This document shows positions 31,902 through 52,180 of a stretch of DNA of 64,000 bases, piece by piece (position 1 is the stretch's first letter; every line of letters begins with the position of its first letter). The notes beneath the pieces are model-generated. The model did not search any database. It was not told the DNA's origin and worked only from the letters and a program-made list of their open reading frames with translations. Source of the DNA: the human T2T-CHM13v2.0 reference genome, Homo sapiens. The translations under genes and the position numbers were made by a program. The stretch lies in the NCBI RefSeq assembly GCF_009914755.1, contig NC_060928.1; one strand, 5' to 3'.

Positions 31902-34165
31902 ACAAAGGTTTGAACATCAAATTTTAATCTTGAAACCTTTTATCCAGTCCTCAAATTATTAACATGAAAAGGAGTGATAAATTGCAATTTTATCATTACC
32001 ATATCACTGTGTAACAAGCCCTTGTTACAAAATCTCCCTCTACTGTCTGCAAAAAACCAATAGAAAACCCATACATTATATTACCTAATGATCTATTAAC
32101 AGATGAAATTTTAACCAACTTTATACCAGGAAACTATGAACAGAGGTACTTCAATCACATAGCTTAAAATATGGAGAAAAGACAGGTAAAAAAATTATCT
32201 TAACCTGTAGTAGTCTTTTTTCTTTTTAAAATTTTTATAAAATACACTAATTTCCCAAAATAAAGAATATTATGACACATTGGTGTCAACTTACACAGAT
32301 GAAAGCTGATGCCAGCTTTTTCCTAACTAAAGTTCATTTCACCAAACCTTTATATATTACATGAATATCCAAGTAAAGTATTTTTTTTTTTAAATTCAAC
32401 ACACAGGAACATAATATACATTGGTTTTTTTTAAAAAAAAGGTTAATTTAGGAATGATTTCATCTTCAACCACATAAAGTATCTTTTTAAGACCATGAAA
32501 CCTCTTGTCATTGCAAGACTTTTCAGTTCATGTTTCTATTTCCCAGTTTTAATTCTTAAAGGAAAAAAAAAAAGATGAAAGGGTTTATTATGTATTTCCC
32601 ATGAGAAAACTGTGGTAAGGATCTTATTCATTACCAGGCTGTCTTCCCTCCTTTTGTTTTCCGGACTACCCAGATCCATGACTGCGTGGCACCGTAATGA
32701 AATCGGTGGGAGAGGCCAATGACATCAAGGAATGGATATAAAAAGACAGGCTCTTCTGGATCCTGCCACAATTGTAAGGTGTGGGCAAATTCACTCCCAC
32801 CAAGCCTTCCAGAGCTCCACAGTCACAGGAGTAGTCTCCTGGTTAACTCATCCTTGATGTCTGTCTGCTGGGAGGACATAAAAGACCACTTTCACTAATG
32901 ACTTGTGTAGTGGCTAATGCATGCCTTAGCCAGAGAGGGAGCGAGTGCACTGAAGAGACCTTGGTCAGTAGTGGCTTTGGGGTAGAGAAGAGAACACTGT
33001 TTATTTTTACACCTCCTGAATTGGTCAATTCTGAGTACAAACTCATCTTAACAGGAAATCGCAATGAAATATACACACCATGCACAGTCTATATTACTGT
33101 GGGAATCCAGTAATACATGCAAGACGTGGGGAAAGAATCACAATGGATGAATATGAACTTTTCACAGTGTTTCTTATAGCCTTTGACTTAACACGAGTGC
33201 ATCACTTACCACCACTATCTCACAAATGTTTTACTTGTGTCCTGGGCATGCAGGTCAGTTGGGGTAAAATGTGAAATGACGCTTCATAGCCATTCTCAGA
33301 CAGTGACTACAACTTCAATTTCCCCTACTTTCCAACCAAACAATTGAGCTGCTTCTGCTATAAAACTAAATATATTTCTAAATACATTTTGTTCAAGGGT
33401 TGTGCTGTATTCTTTCTCATTGTTTCAGTCACTTCATTCTAGGAAAATTAAAAACCCACACAATTAAATTGAGGACTAGGTCTTCAGGGTGATTCCTACC
33501 AAACTAGAAAGAGAGGGAATCACTAACTTCTCTTCTCTCAAGTTTCTGTCTCTCTACCCCAGGCCCTAATTGATACTGATTCATTTGTATGTTTGGTTTC
33601 CCAAAGAAGAAAACCAAATTAGAGAACTGGGATTTCTATCTTAAAGAAGCAAAACATAACCCCAAAATATAATGGTAGCAGGGAGGAGGAGAGGGGAAAA
33701 TGCATTCACTCTATGTCAAAACGAATCTCTTGCTCTCAACAGGAGATAATCCAGCTTCTCCTTACCTATCATTTCATAAATTAATAATTTCTTAAAATCA
33801 TAATCCAAAGAACGTATCTATTATACGAAAAGTTCAAGTTTAAAAAAGCAAATAAATTAGTTAAGCCTTGTAAACAATTGTCCATTTTAGTCATATATCT
33901 TAAAAAAAAAAAAAAGTTTCTCTGTGTAGTAAATCAGACAGTACAAGGCACACCTTATACATCCGAATCCAGACTAACAAAACCCACACAAACATCTTCT
34001 TCACTCTGCTCGCTGGGGTAACTGTGCTGGGGCATCAGAGTCACATACCAATCCTTTGCTCATCTCCTGACCATCTGGAAGTCCACAAATGTGCTCTTTC
34101 TGTTAAACTGCTTTGTGCTACTTTGTTGTGTGAAGTGATTTTAAGCTTCTTCAGTGTCAGTCTCT
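31902..34165 (-). other. SH3RF1: SH3RF1 3'UTR (~2.26 kb; 3' end approximate)
   Basis: Follows the stop codon; AU-rich with no recognisable interspersed repeat; ends at ATTAAA plus a GU-rich downstream element. Confidence 0.8.
31923..31928 (-). terminator. Distal poly(A) signal ATTAAA of SH3RF1
   Basis: Plus-strand tttaat; ~20 nt downstream on minus is ...TTTGTA followed by GU-rich TGTCCCTTGTGTC. Confidence 0.7.
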
Positions 34166-34334
34166 TCATATGTTTTCCACAAAGCTTCCTGGGAAAAGGC
34201 CAGTTTTCCCATTACGTTGTAATGTGCCTTTGAACCAGCCATCCTCTCGTTTTTTATGAACAAACACAATATCTCCTTCTTTAAGTTCAAGTTCTGCCTC
34301 ACTCTGAGGAGGATAGGAAACCACCACCCTGTGC
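34166..34334 (-). CDS. SH3RF1: SH3RF1 terminal coding exon part: fourth SH3 domain and stop
   Basis: tag|GCACAGG...; [55 protein letters not shown] then TGA at 34168-34166. Confidence 0.97.
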
Positions 34335-35318
34335 CTAGAAAAGAAAGAGATTTTGGTTAAGGCGATTCAAAGCAGTGATTTTAAAAAATGGTGTACTGTT
34401 AGTCTGCACGAACCTTCAACATAAATAGGAAATAACATTAATTCATTTATGATTGTAAAACAACTCAAAATACTGCTATTTTCTGTTTAGTAGAGACTTA
34501 GTACTAACAAAGACTGGATTTGGATATGTGTGTCAACCCACTACTGATGGCCCAGACTGGTTCATCTGAGTGACCTTAACAAGGACAGCCATCCTTGTTC
34601 CCTACCAGTGTTTGTATCTTGGCCATAAAGGAGAGTTTCATTTCATTTCCCGAGAGGGGTATCATTTCTATCCCTCCCTCTTCTCCAAGGAAACAGGAGT
34701 GAATTTATTTGATTGGTGAGACTGGGAGAAGTAGCTGAGCAGGGGGGGTTCAGTCCTCTCTGAACCGCCTGCCCACAGGCTAAGGAGGCTCTGCTCCACC
34801 TCTATGTTGTAAGCACACAGAAGTCAGGAAGGTGAGTCTGGAAGTCTGTCTCTGTGTCCCTGTGTCCCTTACACTGGTGTTTGACATGGGCGAGGCAGCA
34901 ATTCTGAGGAAGGTAATCTGCCCCACATACCCAGATTATCCCTTGGGAAGGTAGTCCCAAGGTCCAGACATGGAGGGGAGGGCTATGGCCACAAGTTCAA
35001 TCCAACATTACCAGTAACGAGGTTGACATTCTCATCTCTATTATTCTGACATTTGGGTCTGTTTCTCCTTGGCTCAGAATTTGGAGTTAGTGGGAAAGGT
35101 GTCATTATCGCTTAAAAATGGCAGAAGCTTAGTTGGTTTAATATTATCTGTGCCCCTGCCTCCATGCTCCTTAGCCTTCCTGTGCAGAATTACAGCTTGT
35201 AGGAAACGAGAGGGAGGTGACTTGTTTTACACTCTATATCCTTTTATCTTTCTCTATTTTTCCAGCATTATTTGCATTACTCCTCTTCTCAACAAAAGGG
35301 GGGAAAAGAATGGTGGTG

Positions 35319-35857
35319 TATGGTAGCCAACCTCCAAGATGGCCCTAGTGATCCTTGCTTCCTGGTATTCACACTCTTGTGTAGTCTCCTCCTATGATGC
35401 ACAGGATGACCTGTGTGGCCAATAAAATGTTGCAGAAATGACAGTGGGTGATTTCTGAGGCTAGATCATAAAAGGCATTATGGCTTCCACTTTACTTTCT
35501 CTTGGATCGGTCACTCAGGAAAACTGGCTGCCATGTTGTGAGGACACTCAACATCTCTATGGAGAGGAAACACATGGTAAGGCACTGAGGCCTCTTTCCA
35601 AAAGCCTAAACTAACCAGAAAAAGTGATGTGAATAAGCCATCTTAGAAGGGGATCCTCCAGCCCCAGTTGAGCATCAGCTCAGGCTGATGTCTTGACTAC
35701 AATCTCAAGAAATACTCTAAGCCAGAACCAACCAGATGAGCTGTTCCATAATTATGTGACCCACAGAAAGTGTGAAATAATACATGCTTATTATTGTTTT
35801 AAGCCACTGACTTTTGGGCGTAACTGGTTACATGGCAACAGATATCTAATAAATACA
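35319..35857 (+). mobile_element. MLT1F-like MaLR LTR (last intron of SH3RF1)
   Basis: tggtagccaacctccaagatggcc...ttttaagccactgac...gatatctaata. Confidence 0.8.
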
Positions 35858-36369
35858 TCTTTCACTGTTTGATGCTAAGTAATGAGTAGTCAGTCATAAA
35901 GTTGATTTTGGGTTTCTACTTTCATTTGGTTCTCAAAGTCAGAAAATGAGTGTATAGCCTCGTGGGACCCACTCCTGACTGAAAGTGAAAAATATTATGG
36001 CTTCAAAATGATAGGCAGAACAAATTCTATACAACTGTCCCCAAACTTCTGAAACCTATTACAGCCTGCCCCTTTCACCAATTCCCATTCCATATAAACC
36101 AAAATCCATTTAAGAAAGACCACAGCAAGAGTCCCAGACTATTACACTAAAAAAACACATCTCTGCAAAAGGTAAGTGGCTGCTTGAACAACCTGAGCTC
36201 CTTTGGCACAGGGACCAAATTACTACCCAAGATCTGAAGCAAAAGCACAGCACAGAAGTTGGCTTATCATATCTGAGAAAGGTTCAGCTAATTCAAACAT
36301 GAATATTCATAGACCACAAGGCTGGGGTTTGATCAAGCATGGAATGAGGAAGGAAGCATGACACAGCGG

Positions 36370-36555
36370 GAGAAACACTGGCCTAAGGATTGACACAGTC
36401 TTTAAGGTCAGTTAGAGCAGCTTAACTTTGGGCCAGTTATCTCAGCTCTCAGTCTGTTTCCTCATCTGTAGAATAGGACTGTAATGAGTTAAACAAGTAT
36501 GATGCTCTTCGTATGGTGTCTGACAAAGAGTTCAACCTGAAAATATTAGCTCCCA
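36370..36555 (+). mobile_element. MIR
   Basis: actttgggccagttat...tgtttcctcatctgtagaataggac core. Confidence 0.65.
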
Positions 36556-36750
36556 TTATGATCATATGGCTTAGACAAGAGTAGGCAGAGGCCTGGCACT
36601 TCAAGGAGGTGAAGAATGGGCCAGTCAGTGGCTGGACATCTCTAACTAGGAAACGAACTCAGGCCACAACTCAGGCCTCATTTCCTGAAAATGAGATTTG
36701 ACAAACTTTAGATCAACACAGTTAGGGTTTTGGAATCCCTTCTTTGATAT

Positions 36751-37034
<284 letters not shown>

Positions 37035-37850
37035 TCTCTGACACCTTTAAAAGCAAGACAAATAATTTCATCATGAATTTATCTGAAAGAAGGATCCAGA
37101 TGACATTTCTCAAGTCTAATGTCAACATGCTAAAAATCCATGAAAAAGCAATGATGTAGTTGCCATGTGGGGCAAGTTAAACATTTAAGGCAAAGCTTTA
37201 TAATTCTGGGAAAAAATGTACAAGTGACTCAAAACATATTCAGAGTAGACTTCTCATGAGATATATTCCCTACTTGTTCTCTGTGAGCTGCCTTAAAGGT
37301 GAAATGGAATAAAAATGGTTATTGAAAAACTTGAAGTGAATTAGATTAATATATGCATTTTATAAAATGCACTAAACCAATTTTGTCAAAAAAAAATTTT
37401 GAACTAGAACTGCTGCTGGGCTAAGAACATACTCTTCCTGCCAAGTTCCCAGTGGGAGCAAATTTTCATTGCTAAGTTTTATAAACCTCTGGGGGGGCGG
37501 GTGGAATGAGAAACTATGTGCATAATGGAAACTGTGACACAGTCTTGATCGTATGAAGACTACCAGGTGCAGGAGTAATAGACTCTACTTAGAAATCTTC
37601 CAGCTCAGGTCCTGATCTTGAGCCTTGTGAGGTGGTTTGCAGTTTTCTAATACAGATTTGTAAGGCCAAATACTGGGCATAACTGGCCAACTATTTCAGG
37701 CATTGAAAGGCTTTGCCAAGTAGAACATTTACAGACCAACAAACAGATGTAAGGCACAGCTGCAGAGGCCCTTTACATCTGCTGCTCCACCCTCTGCCTC
37801 ACTCGGATTATGCTTTTCTTTATATGAACAGGGGTTTGGGGAAGTTCTGA

Positions 37851-38860
<1,010 letters not shown>

Positions 38861-38921
38861 CAAGTGGCAAAAAGAAAAAGCCTAGTTGTATAGAAAAACT
38901 GTTTTTTAAAATGTACAAAGC

Positions 38922-39280
38922 TCCTTAAAAAGGAATGAAATTCTGACACGTGCTACAACAGGGATGAACCTTGCAAACGTTATGCTAAGTGAAATAAGCT
39001 GCATGCACACAGAAGGAAGACTATTGCATGATTCCACTTATGAGATGCCCAGAAGTCACTTACGGGGAGAGAAAGTAGAAGGGTGGTTGCAGGGCCTGGA
39101 GGAGGGGGAATGAAGAGTTAGTGCTTAATGAGTACAGATTCAGTTTAGGATGAGAAAAAGTTCTAGAAACGGATAGCAGTGAATGGTTGTATGACAACAT
39201 AAATGTACTCAATGCCACTGAATTGTACACTTGAAAAAATAGTAAATTTTCATGTATACTTTACCACAATTTAAAAAATA
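38922..39280 (+). mobile_element. L1MB-like 3' end
   Basis: aaaggaatgaaattctgacacgtgctacaacagggatgaacc...aatgccactgaattgtacactt. Confidence 0.85.
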
Positions 39281-39699
39281 AGATATATGAATGAATAAAA
39301 TTTTTTGTTTAAAAAAAAGGCAAAAAAAAAAAAAAAAAAGAAAGGAAAAATGTATAAAGCTGACTGGCACCTTGGTTGGAAAGCACCCCTTGTTCCCTTT
39401 GAACAAAGCGCTGTGGAGGCATTATGGGGTGACCAGAGTGGCTCACAGACCGGTCCCTGAATGGCCTCTGCCTCTTGGTGGCTGTGTGACCTTAACTCAA
39501 CTTTTGGTGATAACTGCCAAGGTACAATTCAAGAAACAGAGTCTTGCAATATAAAGAAGCTCCACAGACTTCCAATGCTATGGTATTTTAACTTCCATCT
39601 GAATGGGCATTTACAATCTTTTATTAGTATACATTTCCTGTTTCCTTTATTTTTCTAGCCTCTCTGGTGTTCTCTGTAGTTCATACATTTTCATTTCTA

Positions 39700-40110
39700 A
39701 TCGCCCCTGGTATAGCCCAAATTGGCTCCCATGTTGCTCTGGGAGGCACTCAGTTCATCACTCTGACCTGGGTGAGTAACCACTTACTGCTTTCTACCAG
39801 TTGCCACAGCAATCTAATATTCAATTAAGTATTTCACTGGCATAACCATACTAGTTCCCTTTGTAGCTTGCTCCAAGTCCAAGTAAATTACGTCCATTGC
39901 TTCACCCAGTGGGTTCCTTGTCACTGATTCAAAGAAATTAATCATGCTGGTTAAGCCCAGCTGCCTTTCTGTAAATCTATCTCTATCCAATTTGTATGTT
40001 TCCAAGTGTTCTAGCTTAATCCCTGATCAAAGATCATACATAGGTTTTTTTTTTTCCCCCAATTTAGGAGATGAGCTTATAGGTATGTGGTTCTCAGTTT
40101 AATTCCTACA
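39700..40110 (-). mobile_element. L3/CR1 reverse-transcriptase remnant
   Basis: ORF 39814..40005 LTSMINFFESVTRNPLGEAMDVIYLDLEQA resembles CR1 RT LTNLISFFDRVT...VDVIYLDFSKA. Confidence 0.8.
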
Positions 40111-40564
40111 TTTAAAAATACACACAGATAAAGATGACTTGCTGTGTCTCCCTGAACTCTTTATATATATATTTTTTTTCTTTGGAAGAAAAACCTGTCA
40201 TATACTTTCTTTTATTTGCCATCCCTTCTGAAATATTTTCTTTCCACTTTCTCTTTGCAATTTCCTAATTATTTTTTTCTCAATCCCTCTAAAATAGAGC
40301 CTAATATATTTGTTCTATTGTTTCTGCTGTCATCAATTATACATTTTCTGCCTCCAGGATATAGCACTATTTCTTGCTTGTTTTCTTCAGTCTCTCTAAC
40401 AAACACAGAAGAATCCTTTTGTTCCTAAGAGAATTCTCTCTGCTGACACCAAGACCTGTCAACACACTTCAAGGTTCATCCTTTCTTACTATGAGATTGC
40501 TTAAGTCTTTATACCACGTGGTTGCTTCTTTCCATTGACAGCACCGGCTGCCCCAGTCACATTC

Positions 40565-40883
40565 TTTTTTTTTTTTTTTTTTTTTTTTTTTGAGATGGAG
40601 TCTCGCTCTGTCAGGCTGGATGGAGTGCAGTGATGCGACTGTGGCTCACTGCAACCTCCACCTCCCGGGTTCAAGCATTTCTCTGCCTCAGCCTCCCGAG
40701 TAGCTGGGATTACAGGTGCCCGCCACCGCGCCTGGCTATTTTTTTTTTTTTTTTTTTTGTATTTTTAGTAGAGATGGGGTTTCACCATCTTGGTCAGGCT
40801 GGTCTTGAACTCCTGACCTCGTGATCCACCCACCTTGGCCTCCCAAAGTGCTGGGATTACAGGCATGAGCCACCATGCCTGGC
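40565..40883 (-). mobile_element. AluS
   Basis: Antisense dimer; TSD cacattctttt. Confidence 0.92.
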
Positions 40884-42268
40884 ACATTCTTTTACTTTAG
40901 ATGTATGAGATAGGGTCATGGTTTGAGAGGAAATTTTATGCTTGTTCTCATTATAATCTGTAGATGAATCCTACCTCATAGTGTCCCAATAATATAAATT
41001 GAAAAATACTTCTGTGAAATTCTACCAGTCAGTAGAATTTTTACCAAAGGAACCCTGGGCTCCTTCTGCATTTTGCCAGGGCAAGAGTTGTTGATGCTTG
41101 TATTGTAAATCAAGGATTATTCTTAGATTCTGAAATGTTTTCTCAATCATACTGATATAAAAGTTAATCTTTCCTTCATTTTCAGCATTGAGCACTTTTT
41201 ATTGTGTTGAAATGTTTAAAATATGAACACAAGTAATCCCTAAATTCTATACTTGGTGGCTTTTAATTAATCAAAAACTTTCATTCCCAGTGAATAATAT
41301 AACATTTTCCTATATGTTACCGCACATTTTTCCTGTTATTTTTACTGTGAGACAGATCTAAGAATCCAAGGTAAATAAATACTATCACCATCACTGTATG
41401 AAAGCAAAGGCTGTGGAAAGTTGGTCAGATTGGCTATTATATTTAATATTCCATTGAACATATGGATTATAAAAATATAAACTTGGGTAGAAATCTTCTC
41501 CAAAGACCCCTTTCCCACTTGTAAAAATTTAAATGGTTATACAAAAAAACCTATCAAAGAATTCCAGCATGCCCAGGCCCATCTGTCCTGTCATTACATT
41601 CTCCATGTTCCCTATCTGATGTGCATCCCCCGCTCCCTGAAATGCCATCACCTGTCTGAGCTAGCAATTCCTTCTTTTCAGATGAACTGAACAGCAGGAG
41701 CCTGCTGTTAGAAAGGAGCCCCTCTAAGAGGAAGGGACCGGAATGCAGAAGCCGTAGAGACTGAGGACATCTGGCAACTGAAAAGGAATGCACTGGGGGA
41801 GGGAGGCTGCAGTGCCCATGCCAGTGCCTAGGGAGAGTCTGGGCAAAGTGAACCATCACTCAAAAGAGTCACACAAATACCACAAATGAGAGGGAACACA
41901 GGAGAGATGCCCTCAGGGCTTGAAGGAAAACTGCAGATCAATGCCTGGAGGGAGGGAGGGAGGCTTTGTGACCAAGAGAAAGCAAACAAGTAACTGGACC
42001 AACTCCAGGGACAGAAGGTGCTATCCCTGGAAAGCAGACCAATACAGCAGGAAAAAGGTTGACTCTTAGAGTAAGAGATTCAGTGAATTCTGGACAAAAT
42101 TTCAAAGCTTTACTAAGAGCACAACAGATGAGAGGAAAGATAAAATGATTTCATTTGTAGGGAGAGAACACTTTTTTAGGGTAATGGCTCATTTTAAAAC
42201 TGGTTTTAGGGGGTTAGAACTATAGAAAATTATTGTACAGCACTATAAAAATAAATATCATAAATTGT

Positions 42269-43541
<1,273 letters not shown>

Positions 43542-43576
43542 AAGAGAGTTCTCTTAGCTGACAGAATTCTCTAATT

Positions 43577-44139
<563 letters not shown>

Positions 44140-44495
44140 TAAAAAAAAAAAAGACAGCAATTAGTGGCAACGGAATAGAAATAAGAAAGAAGTAAATCCA
44201 TGAACAGTTTCCCAGTGATTGACAGTTTTTACCTGGACACAATTCAGGCGTGGCAGAGTAGAGAAAATAAAGGAAAAGGAAGGCTGGGGACCAACCCATT
44301 AAGAAACACGGAAGGAAAAAGGAAAACAGAGTATGTCATGTCAAGTGGGAAAAGAAATTCAGTGCTTATTTTCATAAGCTCAGTTTCAAAACATTTAGGA
44401 AGATGTGGCAAAACATCTTAAATATCACAATAATGTTCCAGCCTAAAGCCTATTGTTCATTTTTTAGTTTTTTCCTGGAACGAAGTTGAACTTAC

Positions 44496-44854
44496 CTTTC
44501 ACAAACGACAGGTCTAGACTCATTCAAGACAGGACCCAGGGAGGAACAGGCCTGGCGAGGAGGTGGAGCGATGGGAACTGCGGAGTCCAGGGAACTTGCC
44601 TTCCTATGAAAAGCATCCTGGGCCAGGGCTGCTCCTGCCACTGCAGTCGTGACCGGTCCGTCCCCGTCCACAGGGCAGGAGCCTGCCCTGCCATGGCCAC
44701 CTCCTGGTGGCAGTTCGGGCCCCACCGCTCCCTGGAGAGGAAGCTCTGCACTGCCCAGCTCCACTTCTAGGGTGGGCGATGCTGGAGGAGACACGCGGGG
44801 CTTCCGTTTAGTGGAGGCGCCAGAAAGCAACTTCAACAAACCCTTTTTTTCTTT
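44496..44854 (-). CDS. SH3RF1: SH3RF1 coding exon (probably exon 11)
   Basis: ttccag|AAAGAA...GAAAG|gtaag; 359 nt, phase 0->2; [20 protein letters not shown]...SRPVVCER. Confidence 0.96.
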
Positions 44855-47360
44855 CTGGAAAAAAAAAATAATGAGCCTTAGTTGGAGAATGACAGTACTA
44901 TTGCTGGTGTAATCTAAAGGGCCCTATAGTTCATTACTACTTTTTAATTTTTAATTTTAATTTTTGTGGGTCCATAGTAGGTATATGGGGCCTTATGGTT
45001 TCAATGTTCGGTTTGATCTTTTTACATTATTTCTGTTGATAACTGGTTATTCATAATCTGGCCACCAAGTTTTGTGTGGTGCTAACCTGACCTTTTGCTT
45101 CTCCTCCTTCTCCCTTTCTGCTATATATTTTTTTGTTTGGTTTTGGACATTCCGTTGAAGTAGGATAAACCGATAAAAAAGATGTAAGACAATAAAACTC
45201 ACCCAACTCACATCCCAGGTTTGGTAAAAGCATTAGTAGATATTTTAGGATAAAATGGAAATTTCAGATTATGGATTTAATTTCCTGAACTTCTGCCTAT
45301 CCTATCTCTAATTACTGTAAGAGAGCTGACTATGCAGAATTAAATGTAAACCTGACAGCACTCTATTCCACAGGCATGGACGTGAGCCTTATCATTTACA
45401 GGCAGTGATCAGAGTTAAGAGCTAAACCACTTCTCACATGTCGCCACCTTGATTAAATGTAACAAGCCAATAAAACAGAAGTCAAACCACATCTCCCTTG
45501 CAAGTACCTCCTTGATTAGACATCCATTTTAAGGAAAGCTTCAGTATATTTATAAACAAGTTGATTTCTCTTTTTGCAAGCAAATATACAAATAAGCGTG
45601 TTTTTGTTTGTTTGTTTGTTTGTTTTTTCAACTATTTCAATTCCACAGAAGCCATCTCTTGAATTTTTGTCTCTTGATACTTTCTCTCTTTGGTCTGCTA
45701 GGAAAATCAGATGTCAAGAGAGTGCTCCTTCATTCTGAAACCTTAAGCGTGAATGTTCTTTCTGATGACCAAGCTTAACATGATCCTTTTAAATTGTTTT
45801 ACCAAGATGTCAACTACATCATTAAGTTCTCTGAATGGAAGCACTGCTTGAAAATGAAACACTTCATAGAGAACTATTTCTTTAGAAAATTCTGTAGGCA
45901 AATTGGAATTATTAAGGCCCACTAACAGGGAAACAGAAATTATAAGGGACCTGCTGAGGAATTTTTCTTGGGAATAATAGCTTAGGCTCAGTAAAAACTC
46001 CTTGGGAAAATGAATCTAAATCCCTAACAACATTGTTCCATTAGAGACAGTATGGCAGAAAAAAGGAGACAAAAGCAACATTTATCAGACTATGAGGAAG
46101 CATCCCAGGGACAGTGCACCATAGTCCCCAGTTACCTAACGCTGCTCAAGGACATGTGAACCTATGGGCTAGAAATGGGAAGAGAGGGTGGGAGTGGGTG
46201 CTAAGGTCATTTCTGTACTTGCTTGACCTGGGCTATAGATGAGCAGAGCCAGCTGATCCCCACCACCCTGCAACTCTCCCGGGTAGAGGAAGATCCTTTT
46301 GCATTTCTCTTTATAGCCTGTCCTCAGCTGATCTTATGCGCTTTCGCTTCACTCATTCAATGCCACATTTTCCGTGGGGCTACTGTGTGCATTCTAATGA
46401 ATGTCCTCACAAACTTGGACTGCCTGCATAAGTGCAGTGGCAGTGCTGTATATACCTCTCTATCTCACCCAGTGCCTAGTGCAGGGCCCTACACCTACTA
46501 AAGCTTAGAGGCTGAGAAAATACTGGAAGAGGATGAAACCAGTGGAAGGAAGGAAAAATATAGCTAGTGCCAGGCCTAAGGAAATAAAGGATATGTTGGA
46601 TTCCCCAGATCCAGAGGCAATAAAGCCTTTCAATGAGCCTTTCAATAAAGCCTATAGTCAATGAAGTGGTCTGACTAAACACCTGCCACTGCTGCTCTGT
46701 ACTTATTGTAGACAGCCTGAGGTCTGGAAGGCCAAGAGATGACATGCAAAAGAATAATGTCCAGTAGCTTCCACTTCTAAGGTAGCAGTCAGCTGCAACT
46801 TCCAGCTATTCTTGCCATGATGTAAGAAAGCACACACTAGTCCACGGACCCCCAAAGGTCCAGTGAGAACATCAAGTCCATTGATAAATTACAATCTCAG
46901 CAAGCCACAGCTAAAGCTGTTTCTTAAAAGCTCAGTTCTGAGCACTCAGTAAAATATCAGATAACTCAATGGCACTCAGGGAACAGCCTCTAAAGTGATT
47001 AAGAAGAAAGATGACTTAATTCATCTAAAATGATTAAACACATTAAATACAGCTTGCTTTAATGACTTCTAAGGGATGTCTTATCATCATCAACTGATGC
47101 TGACTACCCACAGAACAGAAGGCAGAGGATTAGGAATCATGGCAGGGCACAAGGGGTAAGGGGTGGGAGGTGGTAATACAGAAAAGATGCTGTCCTAGTT
47201 CCAAGGAACCATGCTTTCAATGGCATATTCTGATTTTTTCTATGTTAGCAGAACAATGTTCCACTTGAGAGAGATCATTTTGCAAACTCAGACACTTAGC
47301 ATCTATGAGCACCATTATTTTTTCAAAAACCAACAGCAGAAATGAAAACTAAATGAATTA

Positions 47361-48277
<917 letters not shown>

Positions 48278-48672
48278 AACAATAGGAAAGGTCCTAAAAC
48301 ACTGAAGAAAATCTGTGGTTGACTCCTTAAGGGAGAGTCATTGGGAATTTGGGGGCGGGGGATTTGAGACACTAAATGTTGACCTTATGTGGCCCACCTG
48401 TAGGAATGCTGGCTTTTAGGAATGGATCTAGGATATGGCAGAGTGCATGTTGACCAACACCCACTTCTGCTGACTCATATGGAATTAATGTCAATGTCAG
48501 GCGAGACTTACAAAGCACCTCTAGAGATTCTGAAGTTATGCGTAGAAAATGGAAGCACTTGGGTCGATACCAGCATCAGAGGTGGTTCCTCCTCTTTTTC
48601 TAAAGCAAGGGTTAGAACTTAGAGAACTTAAGAACAATTACACAATTGTACTAATCAAAAATTTTTTTTTCA

Positions 48673-49209
<537 letters not shown>

Positions 49210-49749
49210 TTAATCTTTTTATAACAACAAAACACAATAAAACATATATACATATACATAAGTATCTCCCAAAGATTTGGAGACACATTTTCCTGGAGAT
49301 TAGTTGATCAAATAATGAAGACTTTGAACTGAATATGAAGTTAGCAGTATGTCCAGATAAAGTTGTTATACTGATGACGGTGGAAAACATTAGGGATCTC
49401 ATAGAAGGAAGAATAACAATGGTAGAAAAGGTCTAGGATTTCAAACAGGAAAGAATTGAGATGAAACATAGAGTTTCAGATGCCTGTTTATCAAACCACG
49501 GAGTGCAGACACCAAAGTTAGCTAGAGATTTTAACACAAGGACAAAAATGCAATGTCTAGAGATCCCTGAGACTTTGCACAACAGGACTTCCAAATAAAA
49601 TACTGTTCAAAGGAGTAGCCGGTTAGAAGAGAAGCTGCGACAGTCCCATCTGTACATTACAAAATTATATTTCTCTGTGGAACAGCAGCAGTAACCCACT
49701 GCAGAGCAGCTGGGTACAGAGAAAAGGAGGGGGCAATAGACACGCTATC

Positions 49750-51720
<1,971 letters not shown>

Positions 51721-51758
51721 TCAGGGATGGGTGCTCCACAGGATGACCAGTAAGGACC

Positions 51759-52180
51759 TGTACTAGATGGTGCCGTAACAGGTTAACTCAAACTTTGTGG
51801 TAAAAATCGGGTCCTAAAATCAAGGTGTGGCAGGGCTGGTTCCTTCTGGAGGCCACTGGGGAAGAATCTGTTCCCTTGTCTTTTCCAGATTCTAGAGGCT
51901 TCCTGTATTCCTTGACCTGTGGTCTCATTTCCCTATCATTCCTACCTCTGCTTCACCATCACGTCTCCTTCTCTGGCCCTAAGCTTCCTGCCTCCCTTTT
52001 AAGAACATCCTTGAGTTTACACTGGGCCCACCTGGATAATTCAGGCTAACCACCTTGTCAAAAGGCTATTAATTTAATAAAACCTGCAAGGTCCTTTTGG
52101 CCATGTAATGAAACATCTTTAAAAGTTCCAGGGATCAGGAGGTGGACATCCTTGGGGAGTCACTATTCTGTCTTATCACA
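51759..52180 (-). mobile_element. MLT1C/D-like MaLR LTR
   Basis: aaatcaaggtgtggcagggctggttccttctggaggc...tattctgtcttatcaca. Confidence 0.75.

Noticed and set aside
46618-46652. Short agcctttcaat duplication (also small duplications at ~53390 and ~56985)
   Set aside because: Ordinary slippage events
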